From sequence record DF238763.1: 32,000 nucleotides of DNA; one strand, 5' to 3'. The position numbers and the translations under genes were made by a program. Below the pieces are notes generated by a model. That model did no database searches, had not been told where the DNA came from, and worked only from the letters and a program-made list of their open reading frames with translations. Shown here one piece after another: positions 1 to 10,256 of the stretch; the first letter of the stretch is position 1; each line of letters starts with the position of its first letter.

Positions 1-23
1 CCTACGTAAAGTTTCGTCGTCCT

Positions 24-1110
24 TTGACGCTAGTCCATAGTCAAATGTTCACCCCAGAGTTGGGCGCGCTGTCGTTGTTGGAGTTAAGCAGCGATAGCGA
101 CTGCTTATTTACTTCGTTAGTAAACGCGGGGTTGGGGAGTCAATTGATTAATCATTTTGCCGAATGTGAAAGCTCCGGGATGGATTCTACCGATTTAGAG
201 ACTGGCGATGTGCTAATGGAAAGAATTTTTCGGAATGTTAATCAAGGAAAGGGAGGTCATTTGTCTGAGAAAGGTCTTTGTTCAGAGTCAAACACCCTTT
301 ACAAGTTGAAAAGCGGTATAAGAGATTTGCATCGTGTTTTGAAATTCGATAAAAAGTTTTTGGCTAACATTCTTGAGGGTCTTAAGTCTGGGTTGTGTAA
401 GCTTGCTCGGGTGGATCTATGTATAGACCTAAGCGAGGACATTATGCCTTACGTTTCCCATGGCATAAAAACGGGTCAATATAAATGGGCGGCACCCCTT
501 TGCTTTCGGTTGGTTGGCGGGTGAACGGGTAGAGGGCGCTGCGGGGCGCAATAGTAAACTTTTTAAAGATTTTGAGAATAAGCAGTTGATTCTAGATTCG
601 GTATATTTTGGCAATTCTAGAAAAAGCGATGAAGTTGCTGTGTTTTATAACAGGCGAGAGGAGCGTAAAGACAGAGCTGAGTCGAGCTGGGCGCCAAGAA
701 GTAGGGTAGAAGTTCGCATATATCCTCGCACAGAAGAAACTGAGAAGGTCGCAATCTCAATTTTGGAAAGTTATTTGGATGAGACAAATGGTTGGCGCGC
801 ACGAATCCCGCACTTTGGAGAAGTGCTTTGCCGATGCGTAATGTTTACTACAAAGAGGCGCCCCGCATCCCCGCTAGACTTGAAAGATGTGGCTCCCTGG
901 TGGCAGTTGCTTTTACGTACGCTGATGGTTGGTTCAAAAGACTTTGAGTTTCCAAATGAAAAAGGCTTGTTAGAGTCCAATACTACGCAGCGGGGGGTTA
1001 CGGGCTTTCTGCCTACCATAGAAATGCCTAAAAAGGGCAGGGGGCGCCTTAAAAGTTCAAAAGACAAAAACACACGTAAGTCAGGCTCAGGCCGCAAAAA
1101 AAATTTCTAG
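24..1110 (+). pseudogene. Rep_trans-like (rolling-circle plasmid/phage type) replication initiator, split into two frames near 514-524; the frame is open to the left window edge
   Basis: ORFs 24..524 and 514..1110 overlap in adjacent frames. Joined, they give the motifs ARVDLCIDL, then SVYFGNSRKSDEVAVFYNRREE, then SRVEVRIY. From memory these match the Rep_trans signature (RxDxAxD ... TxYxGSRxS...RxYDK ... RVExE). No stop lies upstream of 24 in frame. Confidence 0.4.
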
Positions 1111-1193
1111 ATAGACACTCGATTCAAGCATATAACTGATTCTTCTTTTGAAAGTGGGCTTTATAAAAGATTCTATAAAAAAAGGAGGAAAGC

Positions 1194-1311
1194 GATAGTC
1201 TTTTTTGTAAGAGGGATAGTCTTTCTTGAGCGCCTAACAAAATGATTTGAAGAAAATTTTGATGAAAACCCTTGCAAAAAGGATAGTCTATATGTTTAAA
1301 ACGGGTAGTCT
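1194..1311 (+). repeat. Four direct copies of G(A/G)TAGTCT just downstream of the Rep-like ORF (iteron-like)
   Basis: gatagtct at 1194-1201, 1215-1222 and 1282-1289; ggtagtct at 1304-1311. The last two share the longer form gg(a/g)tagtctat. Confidence 0.5.
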
Positions 1312-2384
1312 ATCTGATTTTAGTCGCGTAAACCATTTCATCCTTTTTCTTGTTTAATAGTAAAACCTTAATAGTTTTCAGTAGCTAAAATTGGATGAAT
1401 TTTTTAGGCGGGATTGTCTTTTAGAAGATGCCCTTCATTTACGGGTGTAAAAAAGCAAAGTTGATTGTAATTTCCCTAACAAGATTCGTTTATTTGGAGA
1501 TTAGTAGATTAGTGGATAAAGGTGGTGTAGCTTCTTTCCTTGTATCCCTTGAATAGGGGAGAGGGTGCAGGGAGGGGGCGCTCCTCTTCCCCGCGCGGGT
1601 TGGTTGATTGTGTAGTTCCTCGTTAACTTTCCTAGAAGCTTCAATAAACTCGTTTCTTTCTTCTTGGTTGTATGGGGGGTTGCTTGCGCATCGGGGGTGA
1701 GGGGGTGCAAGAGAGATGAGGGGTGACCCCCTCCTACCCCCCACCCTAGTGAGTGGTGAATTATTAAAAAAGAGAGCAAGGGTTTGATTGTGGTGCCTTG
1801 AACCGCGAGGGGTGTTTCGCTTGTCGCCCGGGGGGCTTGCTCTTCTATATAGTTTCTGGCTGCAAGATCTGGGGCAGGGTATAGACGAACTACCTTGTTT
1901 CCCATAATAATAGCCTGGTCAGGTTTGAACTGCTCAAACGAGGGGTTGTTTCTCGTTGCTGGGTCTATCGTGTAAACTCCGCAATCCAAATCACACTTTT
2001 CATTTGAAGCCAAGAGGCTAAAAAAACAACATTCTCCCTTTCAAGTTTGCACGTTGTCGTAAACAATTTTTCAATTCCTGAGCCTACAGCCTAATTGTCA
2101 AAATGCTTTTGAACAAAAGAATAAAGAATCCGTTCGATTTTTATGAATACTATGTTCCGTGTTTTTCAAGGTATTAAAAAAAGAACATGCTTTCTATGGT
2201 TTTATAAAAGATTAGAACTATGGCTATGCGAAAAAAGAACAAGATTCTCCTATCAATTGAAAACAACGGCAGGCTATGCGTGTAATAAAGATAGCACTCT
2301 TCTAATTCTTTTATTCAATAATCTAATTGCATTTTATTCAATTCAATTAGAGTCTTCTCTATCATAGATTTTGAAAATACAGAC

Positions 2385-2457
2385 TAGGCCTAGTAGGGCT
2401 CGAACCTACACATTCACCGTTATGAGCGGTGTGCTCTACCAGTTAAACTATAGGCCT
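2385..2457 (-). tRNA. trnM: tRNA with CAU anticodon (Met, or Ile if C34 is modified to lysidine)
   Basis: Minus-strand cloverleaf AGGCCTA/TAGGCCT acceptor, anticodon loop CTCATAA, T arm GTAGG-TTCGAGC-CCTAC. Confidence 0.85.
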
Positions 2458-2649
2458 ATGCTGAATAAAATTGCAAGGAGTGAATTGCAACGTTATGGGC
2501 GCTCTCCCAACCATCGCAGCAAAAAAAGACTCTTTTTTTAGCAAAAGGGCATGCGTCTTATTGGAGGGGCGGTAACCACTCAATGAAAGAAAGAGGTGCA
2601 ACCTAAGAGTCCCCCCCAACGAGGAGCTATGCTCACCAATTTGTTTGAG

Positions 2650-2781
2650 GTGGAACGAAGTCGCTCTCCCCCAAGGGGAGTGGAACGAAGTCGCTCTCCC
2701 CCAAGGGGAGTGGAACGAAGTCGCTCTCCCCCAAGGGGAGTGGAACGAAGTCGCTCTCCCCCAAGGGGAGTGGAACGAAGT
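2650..2781. repeat. Perfect 30-bp tandem repeat, about 4.4 copies (gtggaacgaagtcgctctcccccaagggga)
   Basis: Identical units at 2650, 2680, 2710 and 2740, plus a partial unit at 2770. Each unit holds the hairpin ctccccc-aa-ggggag. Confidence 0.95.
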
Positions 2782-2994
2782 AAAAAAAGAGATTTTTTTG
2801 AACAAAGTGGGGCACGCCAATGCCGCTAATGAAATCAATCCACTCCCCTTCGGGGAGTGGCTCTTCGCTCCCGATAGGGAGTGGAAGGCAGAGGAGGTGA
2901 AAGGAATCTGGTGGTTAAAGGGGGGGCGAGGGTTTTGAGCTTGTTTCCCCCAAAATTGGCTCATCCCCCCACTTATAGCCTCTCTGATTCTTCA

Positions 2995-4461
2995 TTATAT
3001 ACGGCTGTGTTCAATACAATGCATGACCGAATCGTGCATAGTGTCAAGAAATATTTGAGGATAAATTCCCATCCAAATTACAACAATTACAAAAGGTAAG
3101 AACATAAAAAATTCTCTTCGGTTACAATCAGAGTAGGTGGCAAGAAAGTGAGGCTTTAAGTTTCCAAAAGCTACACGATTGTAAAGCCATAAGGAATAAG
3201 CTGCTCCTAGCACCATTCCTGTTGCAGCAAGAGTCGCAACAAATGTATTGCTTTGAAAAGCACCTACAAGAATCAAAAATTCGCCTACAAAACTACTTGT
3301 TCCAGGCAGACTCATATTCGCCAACGTAAAGAACAAGAATATTGCGCAAAAGACTGGCATTGTATTTGCTAATCCTCCGTAATAACGAACAAGTCTTGTG
3401 TGATGCCGGTCATAGAGCACACCTACACATAAAAAAAGCGCAGACGATACAAATCCATGGCTTAACATTAACATTAAGCTTCCTTCAATTCCTTGCGGAT
3501 TGAGGCTAAACAAACCAATGGTTACAAAATTCATATGAGCCACAGATGAGTACGCAATAATCTTTTTTAAATCAACCTGGCGCAGTGTAGTACAAGAGGT
3601 GTATACAATTGCAATCACAGAGAGTGTGAAGATCAGTGGCGTAAAATAAAGCGTAGCATCGGGAAACATTGGAATAGAGAAACGTAAAAAACCGTATGTG
3701 CCCAATTTGAGTAGGATTCCAGCTAAGATCACAGAGCCTGCGGTTGGTGCTTCAACATGGGCTTCTGGCAACCATATATGAACTGGAACCATTGGTACTT
3801 TTACCGCAAACGAGGCAAAGAAAGCAAGCCATAGCAAAATCTGACGGCGTTCGCTAAATTCAGTCGTATACAAGATTTGTATATCCGTAGTACCTGTTTG
3901 AAAGAAAAGAAAAAGAATGCCTAGCAGCATAAAAACAGATCCAAACAATGTATATAAAAAAAATTGATAAGCCGCCCGTATCTTTCTTTCTCGTGAGCCC
4001 CACACACCAATAATCAAAAACATAGGGATAAGCACACTCTCAAAAAACACATAAAAAAGGAGTAAATCGAGCATACAGAACACAGCAATCATAAGAGCTT
4101 CTAATACTAAGAATGCAATCATAAATTCTCTTCTATAGTTTTGAATGCTTGACCATCCTGCTAACATGCATATAGGGATTAAAAAGGTCGTTAATAAGAT
4201 AAAGAATAAAGAAATGCCATCGATTCCAATGTACAACTGAATGTTTGAACTCGGCAACCAGTTCATTTGTTCAACAAATTGGAAGTGTGCTGTTGAGTTA
4301 TCAAATCGAACCCAAAAGAATAAAGAATGAATAAAAGCAAGAAGTGCAGAAATTAGACCAATCTGTCGGATTAGCCTTATGTTGTTAGGAACAAACAAGA
4401 GTAAGATTGCTCCTAACAGTGGGAGAAAGATTAAGGTACTAAGGTTGTTAAATACATTCAT
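2995..4461 (-). CDS. nad4: NADH dehydrogenase subunit 4, uninterrupted
   Basis: The ORF 2995..4557 translation contains long plant-type NAD4 stretches (HIWLPEAHVEAPTAGSVILAGILLKLGTYGFLRFSIPMFP, IAYSSVAHMN, LPGTSSFVGEFLILVGAF). Homology begins at MNVFNNLSTLIFLPLLG, so I chose the ATG at 4461. Confidence 0.93.
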   Translation of the reverse strand: MNVFNNLSTLIFLPLLGAILLLFVPNNIRLIRQIGLISALLAFIHSLFFWVRFDNSTAHFQFVEQMNWLPSSNIQLYIGIDGISLFFILLTTFLIPICMLAGWSSIQNYRREFMIAFLVLEALMIAVFCMLDLLLFYVFFESVLIPMFLIIGVWGSRERKIRAAYQFFLYTLFGSVFMLLGILFLFFQTGTTDIQILYTTEFSERRQILLWLAFFASFAVKVPMVPVHIWLPEAHVEAPTAGSVILAGILLKLGTYGFLRFSIPMFPDATLYFTPLIFTLSVIAIVYTSCTTLRQVDLKKIIAYSSVAHMNFVTIGLFSLNPQGIEGSLMLMLSHGFVSSALFLCVGVLYDRHHTRLVRYYGGLANTMPVFCAIFLFFTLANMSLPGTSSFVGEFLILVGAFQSNTFVATLAATGMVLGAAYSLWLYNRVAFGNLKPHFLATYSDCNRREFFMFLPFVIVVIWMGIYPQIFLDTMHDSVMHCIEHSRI

Positions 4462-4663
4462 AAGTGGGTTGTAGATTCGGTGACCACAACGGGTGCTTAT
4501 ATAGAAAGAGCGAACAAAATCAAAAGTCTGATAAAAAAAGAATCTTTTATCCAGCACAGCTGTAGCAGTAAAGTACTAGAGCACTCTAGGGTAGGGAATG
4601 TACCCCAATGGAGAAGGCACTCTCTACCCAATAGAAAAAGAACTGTGTGTGAACACAGAAAGA

Positions 4664-5020
4664 CCAATCCCCTTCGGGGAGCAAAGAGCCACACTTTCAA
4701 AAAGTGTGGAACAAAGTGGGGCACGTCAGTGCCACGAATGAAATCACTCCCCCCGGGAGTGGAATGAAATCAAAAAAGAGATTTTTTTGAATGAAATCAC
4801 TCCCCCCCCGGGAGTGGAATGAAATCACTCCCCCCGGGAGTGGAATGAAATCAAAAAAGAGATTTTTTTGAATGAAATCACTCCCCCCTCGGGAGTGCAA
4901 TGAAATCACTGATGGGGCTATTGCCCCCTGCTCCGCTCCACTCCCTGGACGGGAGTGGCTCTTCGCTCCCGATAGGGAGTGGAGCGAAGAAGAAAAGAGA
5001 TTTTTTTTCAGCGAAGAAAT
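4664..5020. repeat. Cluster of dispersed hairpin repeats (families A, B, C, D)
   Basis: Contains ccacactttcaaaaagtgtgg, three cactcc(c)nccgggagtg hairpins alternating with caaaaaagagatttttttg, and ggggctattgcccc. The same modules recur at other loci. Confidence 0.85.
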
Positions 5021-5204
5021 GGGGGTACTAACCTCCCATTCTCTTTCAAAAAAGACAAACTTTGAACTGCGCTTTTGGGGCTGGCGTGCTCTATTGCGTA
5101 CAGCTCAAAAAGAAGGGGGATAACTTTAAGAGATTACCACCCCCTACTTTCTTTTATGCGTTTTACTAGTATTTTTGTGCTGTGTTCGGTCGTTTTTTGA
5201 TCAT

Positions 5205-7232
5205 TTAGCTTCGCTGCGGCAAAAATAAAAAAGTACAAAAAAAGATTAAAAACAGGCGGCTATCTACCCAAAATGATACAATATCCCAAAGGCCTATAAA
5301 AGTAATCAAGACTGTAAGCCCAATTAACATAATAAAAGCGTAGTGATAAATCAAACCACTTTGCAACCCACTTGTCCGTTTGCTCAAAGTACGCATAGTT
5401 GTTGCAATCCCGTAAGGGCCCAATAGTTCAATAACACCCTTATCCAAGGTCACAAAGCTTATTGAATAGCCAAATCGTAAGACCGATTGTGCCAAGAATT
5501 CATTCAATACTTTATCAAACAGCCAACGCTTGTTCAAAAAAGTATAGAAACGCCTTCCTAAAGAGCTGGTCTTGAAGTCATATACAAATGAATTCTTATG
5601 ATTGTTGATCCAATAAGCAATGCCAGCCCCTAGGGTACTCAATAGCAAAGGGATCAATTTAACGATCTGTGGTGTGGAAAACTCAGACTCACTTAGATTT
5701 GAATTGTCAGGCAACACAAAGATTGATTGCCCCCAGAAATCTGTGCCTAAGCCAATCATCATATCTTTGCATAGATAGCCTACGAATAAGCTTCCAAATG
5801 CTAGCACAATCAAGGGTGCTGCCATTAGAGGTGGTGCGTCATGCGCATTTTTTATATCCTGCTTGAAAGCATTTGTATTCTCCAAAAAAGTTAAGAATAG
5901 TAGCCGAAATGAGTAATAAGATGTAAATAGAACAGAGAGACTTCCGAGCCAAAATGCAAAATGTCCGCTTATTGTATACTTGGTATAAGCTAATTCAAGG
6001 ATAACATCTTTTGAATAAAAACCCGTCAAGAAGGGAAAACCAATAAGTGCTAAGCTTCCAATAAGCATCATAGCATAAGTGAAAGGTAAGACTTGGTTCA
6101 ACCCACCCATCTTACGCATATCTTGCTCATCTGACATTGCATGAATGACAGAGCCAGCGCTCAGGAATAGCAAGGCTTTAAAAAAAGCATGGTTCATAAG
6201 GTGAAAGATACTTACTGCATAATTCGAAATCCCACAAGCAAAAACCATGTATCCTAGTTGACTACAAGTTGAGTAAGCAATGACTCTTTTTAAGTCATTT
6301 TGAAGAATCCCAGTTGTTGCTGCAAAGAAAGCGGTCATAGCACCCATACAGGTCACAACAACTAAAGCGTTTGGCGCGTATTCGAATAAGGGGGAACAGC
6401 GAGCAATTAAGAATACACCTGCGGTCACCATTGTGGCAGCATGAATGAGTGCAGAAACAGGAGTGGGCCCCTCCATAGCATCTGGCAACCAAGTATGAAG
6501 CCCTATTTGGGCTGATTTCCCAACAGCGCCTACAAACAATAACAAACAAATTGCGGAAAGAGCGTCGACATGCATATTACAAAACACAAAAGATTCAGGC
6601 GCTAAAGACTCTTTCATAGCCCATTCATTTGCAACTGCAAATAAGACATGATAATCCACACTTTGAAAGACTAAAAAGCAGCTCATAATCCCAAGAGCTA
6701 AGCCAAAGTCGCCTACTCTGTTCACAAGCATTGCCTTTATTGCAGCCTTGTTTGCTTGAAGTCTTGTAAACCAAAAATTAATAAGTAAGTAAGATGCAAG
6801 TCCTACACCTTCCCATCCTAAGAACATTTGGATAAGATTGTCTGCGCTTACCAACATAAGCATAAAGAAGGTAAAGATTGATAAGTAACACATAAACCGG
6901 GGTAGAAAAGGGTCTTCTGACATGTATGATATTGAATACGTGTGCACAAGTGTACTCACAAGTGTGACCACAATAAGCATCACTACGGTTAGACTGTCAA
7001 AAAGAAACCCCCAAGATGCATCAAACATCTCTGAATCAAACCACGGAGCAAATTGCAGAGTGCAAGCAGATCCAACTAAGGCAACCTCGTAGAAGGCAAC
7101 TAAGCTGAAAAGAAAGCTTGTGCCCACGCAACTTGTGGTTACAATTGCAGCCCCACGAGACCCTAGAAACCGGCCAAAAAGGGCTGATGTAGCACAGCCT
7201 AGCAAAGGTAAAGTAACAATAAGTAAATACAT
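5205..7232 (-). CDS. nad5: NADH dehydrogenase subunit 5, uninterrupted
   Basis: A 675-aa ORF starting with ATG and [12 protein letters not shown]. It carries the conserved blocks [15 protein letters not shown] and [37 protein letters not shown]. Confidence 0.95.
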   Translation of the reverse strand: MYLLIVTLPLLGCATSALFGRFLGSRGAAIVTTSCVGTSFLFSLVAFYEVALVGSACTLQFAPWFDSEMFDASWGFLFDSLTVVMLIVVTLVSTLVHTYSISYMSEDPFLPRFMCYLSIFTFFMLMLVSADNLIQMFLGWEGVGLASYLLINFWFTRLQANKAAIKAMLVNRVGDFGLALGIMSCFLVFQSVDYHVLFAVANEWAMKESLAPESFVFCNMHVDALSAICLLLFVGAVGKSAQIGLHTWLPDAMEGPTPVSALIHAATMVTAGVFLIARCSPLFEYAPNALVVVTCMGAMTAFFAATTGILQNDLKRVIAYSTCSQLGYMVFACGISNYAVSIFHLMNHAFFKALLFLSAGSVIHAMSDEQDMRKMGGLNQVLPFTYAMMLIGSLALIGFPFLTGFYSKDVILELAYTKYTISGHFAFWLGSLSVLFTSYYSFRLLFLTFLENTNAFKQDIKNAHDAPPLMAAPLIVLAFGSLFVGYLCKDMMIGLGTDFWGQSIFVLPDNSNLSESEFSTPQIVKLIPLLLSTLGAGIAYWINNHKNSFVYDFKTSSLGRRFYTFLNKRWLFDKVLNEFLAQSVLRFGYSISFVTLDKGVIELLGPYGIATTMRTLSKRTSGLQSGLIYHYAFIMLIGLTVLITFIGLWDIVSFWVDSRLFLIFFCTFLFLPQRS

Positions 7233-7670
7233 AATTGAGATGCCTTCAAAAAAGATAGAGCATAGATCTTTTCTTTGGGGAGTATGAGCCCCCAGCTATG
7301 CGCTTATAAGTTTCACTCCATTCCCTTCTAGAGAGCAACTTTGCTAGTGAAATGAGCCAGGCGAGGAAGCTCACTTTTCCCAAATCAAAATTTTGAAATT
7401 TTAAAAATGCAGTAACAGTCAATAATCCAACCAAGTGAGTAAGAAACGATTCAATCGGGCATGCAAATCTGCCTTTGGCTCTATAAAAAATCAATTTTTT
7501 ATTGAGGGGATTGAGGCCCCCCAGCTCCGCTAAAAAAGAGAGTTTTTTTTGACTACGCTCCAATCCCGTACAAGATAGGCTGTGCGCTCATTCAAATTGA
7601 AAAAATGTTTTTTCTTTTTATTGAGAAAGTTTGAGCTCCCGGCTTTGATCCAATCCCTTTGGGGAAGGCA

Positions 7671-7790
7671 TTCTTCGCTGAAAAAAAAGTTTTTTTTTTA
7701 TCTTCGCTCCAATCTCCTTCGGAGAGAGGCTCTTCGCTCCAATCCCCTTCGGAGAAAGACTCTTCGCTTCACTCCTCTACGGGGATTTGA
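7671..7790. repeat. Family C hairpin repeats (cttcgctccaatc-ccttcgg-)
   Basis: cttcgctccaatctccttcggagagaggctcttcgctccaatccccttcggagaaagactcttcgct; the same motif occurs at 9830-9905, 11250-11300 and 22691-22910. Confidence 0.8.
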
Positions 7791-7994
7791 ATGGCTCTAC
7801 GTTCATACGTTTACCGCATTTCAACTGCGCTCACTCTTCAAAAAAGTAATTTCGGAAAGCTTTTATCTCTTCCTTCGTACACTGCATCAACGCAGTCACT
7901 GCCGTAAAAGAGTGAAGCTAAAAAAGGGGTAAAATCCCCCCTAGCAAAGCGATGCTATTGTATTTGGAAAGAAATTCTGAGTGACCCCCATTCT

Positions 7995-8068
7995 TGTCTG
8001 GGAGTGGACTTGAACCACCGACACAAGGATTTTCAGTCCTTTGCTCTAACCAACTGAGCTACCCAAAC
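7995..8068 (-). tRNA. trnF: tRNA-Phe (GAA)
   Basis: Minus strand GTTTGGG/CCCAGAC acceptor, D arm AGCTCAGTTGGTTAGAGC, anticodon loop CTGAAAA, T loop GGTTCAAGTCC. Confidence 0.9.
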
Positions 8069-8142
8069 AGAAGATTAAGACTATAGGATAGGAATGAACC
8101 AAGTCAAAGAATTGTTTCTTGAACAAATCCCCCTAAAAGGAA

Positions 8143-8275
8143 GTGCAATGAAATGGGGGGCGCTAGCCCCACTAACGAAGTCACTCTCCTCCCCTACAGG
8201 GATCTTCGCTCCCGGTAGGCAGTGGAAAAGAAAAAAGAGATTTTTTTTCGGCGCAGCGAAGGGCGCTAACCCCCA
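8143..8275. repeat. Hairpin-repeat cluster; about 75 nt are shared with 13966-14038
   Basis: aatgaaatggggggcgctagccccactaac...cccctacagggatcttcgctcccgg occurs at both loci, with a handful of substitutions by eye. Confidence 0.8.
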
Positions 8276-8316
8276 AAGGATTGGGAGGGCAAAGGGTAGT
8301 TATTAATAGTTTTAAC

Positions 8317-9027
8317 ATGCAAGAATCTCCAAAAATTTTAAAAAGACTTCTACAGGCTAAGGCTCATAAGGGCAAAAAAGAAGCAAACCCAGCAATGTTT
8401 TCGTATATACGCGGCTTTCGAAATGAAAGCAGCATTTTTGATTTATCACAAACCTTACAGTGTTGCAGACATATGTTTCAATTTTTAAATGTGTTGTCTA
8501 GAAAGAGACACCATATCCTCTTCTTAAACACAAAACCAGAGTTGAACAACTTTACATTATTCATCACTAAGAACTTTGGTCATAGCGCTGTTGTTGATCA
8601 GTGGACTGGGGGCATTCTAACAAATTGGAAACAAATTAAAAAAACAGTTCTTTTTTTTTCTCCTACAACAGGGGATCATATAAACTCGCCAATCATTGGT
8701 CAATTTCAAGAAGTATGTGATAGTTTCCCACGATTGAAAAAAAGTCGAAGGCTTTTTCAATATCTTCGCAAGCAACATCGACCGAACTTACTTGTTGTGT
8801 TAGACCCAAATAACAATGAATATGCGATCCATGAGGCTTACAACCTTAAGTTACCCATCACTGCTTTTGTTGATGCAGATACCCCCTCGAGCATACTGAA
8901 CAAGATTACTTATCCCATCCCAAGCAATAATCGGTCTCTTTTGTTTATGTATTGGGTTTTCAATAGTATGGTGTTAATTTGCAATAAAAATCGATTCAAG
9001 AAAAAAATTAGATTGAATAAAAGATGA
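8317..9027 (+). CDS. rps2: Ribosomal protein S2
   Basis: Translation has S2-type blocks: IFDLSQTLQ, ILFLNTK, VVDQWTGGILTNW, LVVLDPNNNEYAIHEAYNLKLPITAFVDADT. The first ATG of ORF 8281..9027 is at 8317. Confidence 0.85.
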   Translation: MQESPKILKRLLQAKAHKGKKEANPAMFSYIRGFRNESSIFDLSQTLQCCRHMFQFLNVLSRKRHHILFLNTKPELNNFTLFITKNFGHSAVVDQWTGGILTNWKQIKKTVLFFSPTTGDHINSPIIGQFQEVCDSFPRLKKSRRLFQYLRKQHRPNLLVVLDPNNNEYAIHEAYNLKLPITAFVDADTPSSILNKITYPIPSNNRSLLFMYWVFNSMVLICNKNRFKKKIRLNKR

Positions 9028-9644
9028 TAATGGCGCAATATCAAATCTCCGCAATTACTATGCTCACCCCTTTTCTTTTTTTTATCTTCTTGAATGCAGC
9101 CGCATGCTTATGCTTATCAATTGGTTGGGATGGTTTACCCTTAATCCATACGGGTTTAATCTGGCTTTGTATTGTTCTTGTAACTATGCAGAGCACTGAC
9201 CGTTTCTATGCCGCAGACTTTGAAGATGGCACGCTAGATCTCTGGTTGATTACTGGCTTATTTGCTAAAAGCTTGCGTATAAAACTTCTATCTTATTGGC
9301 TTTTTCATATGATTGGATTATTATGCTGTATCCCTGCTTTACAAGTCTTTTATAACTCCTCATTCTCTTATACGCATTATGGTATGTTTGGGGTAGGAAC
9401 TTTGCTCTTCTTATGTATAGGAGCAATCCATTCGGCTCTCTTACTTGGTTTCAAGCAAACTTCGGTCAATACAACTGTGTGCTCCATACTAACTCTCCCA
9501 ACCTTACTACCAGCTCTTATTCTTTGTACAAGCAGTTGTACAGATTTTTCCGCCCTTCTGTGCTTAATGGGATACTCTATTTTCTTATCCTTTGTATTTG
9601 CTCCTTTTACAAGAATCATTTACAAAACATGTAACACAAGATAA
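9024..9644 (+). CDS. ccmB: Cytochrome c maturation (system I) ABC-transporter permease CcmB
   Basis: A hydrophobic 206-aa ORF with DFEDGTLDLW and LTLPTLLPALILCTS, which match plant mitochondrial CcmB motifs (FEDGTLEL, LPTLLP). Its ATG overlaps the rps2 TGA (ATGA at 9024-9027). Confidence 0.85.
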   Translation: MIMAQYQISAITMLTPFLFFIFLNAAACLCLSIGWDGLPLIHTGLIWLCIVLVTMQSTDRFYAADFEDGTLDLWLITGLFAKSLRIKLLSYWLFHMIGLLCCIPALQVFYNSSFSYTHYGMFGVGTLLFLCIGAIHSALLLGFKQTSVNTTVCSILTLPTLLPALILCTSSCTDFSALLCLMGYSIFLSFVFAPFTRIIYKTCNTR

Positions 9645-9654
9645 TAATGCTCTT

Positions 9655-10215
9655 TTTAGGCGCTAGCCCACGGCTGAGCTGCGCTGAAAAAAAAACTCTC
9701 TTTTTTACTCCGCTCCAACCCCCTTCGGGGAACGAATAGTCACACTTTCAAAGAGTGTGGAGCGAAGAGCCACACTTTCAAAAAGTGTGGAGCGAAGATA
9801 AAAAAAAAAACTTTTTTTTCAGCGAAGAGCCTCTCTCCGAAGGAGATTGGAGCGAAGATAAAAAAAAAAACTTTTTTTTCAGCGAAGATCCCCGAAGGGG
9901 ATTGGAGCGTAGAGAAAAAAAAACTTTTTTTTTCAGCGAAGCAGGGGGCAACAGCCCCATTCGTGGCTTTTCGCTCCACTCCCCGAAGGGGAGTGGCTTT
10001 TCGCTCCTTGGGCGCTCGCCCAAGGCTTTGTTATACATTTAGGGTGTGGCTTCGCTAGGAAGACTCTTAGCGGGTTTCTATCCCCGCATTTCGTTAGCGA
10101 GGCTATTGTCTTTTGCTCGGCTGAAAAAAAGAGTTTTTTTTTCTCTTTACTCCAATCCCCTACTGGGAGCGAAAAGCCATTCACAACGGCACTCCCGGTA
10201 GGCGTCGAAAGCGGC
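9655..10215. repeat. Spacer of about 560 bp built almost entirely of hairpin repeats (families A, C, D plus A/T-run palindromes)
   Basis: Two copies of the 30-mer gagcgaagagccacactttcaaaaagtgtg, then a composite at 9849-9968 that is nearly identical to 28806-28924. Confidence 0.9.
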
Positions 10216-10256
10216 TCTGCTCCTAAATTCATTCAAATTGAGCTTCACTGATTTTT

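Noticed and set aside
514-545. Reading the TGA at 522-524 as Trp to bridge the two Rep-like ORFs
   Set aside because: Other genes here clearly stop at TGA, and read-through hits an in-frame TAG seven codons later. A true frameshift is required.
2443-2964. ORFs 2443..2964, 2596..2829, 2633..2815 and 2645..2938 with repetitive peptides
   Set aside because: They are open only because a 30-bp (multiple of 3) tandem array lacks stops in several frames on both strands. One also runs through trnM.
5669-6549. ORFs 5669..5866 (+) and 6295..6549 (-) inside nad5
   Set aside because: These are antisense or alternative-frame shadows of a strongly conserved nad5 reading frame.
7246-7563. A 105-aa ORF immediately upstream of nad5 on the same strand
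   Set aside because: I recognise no similarity, and its upstream end lies among repeat-like A/T-run sequence. It may be a chance ORF, so it is left unannotated.
9740-10232. ORFs 9740..9979, 9755..10042, 9778..10038 and 9933..10232
   Set aside because: They lie entirely within the hairpin-repeat spacer between ccmB and ccmC, overlapping each other on both strands.
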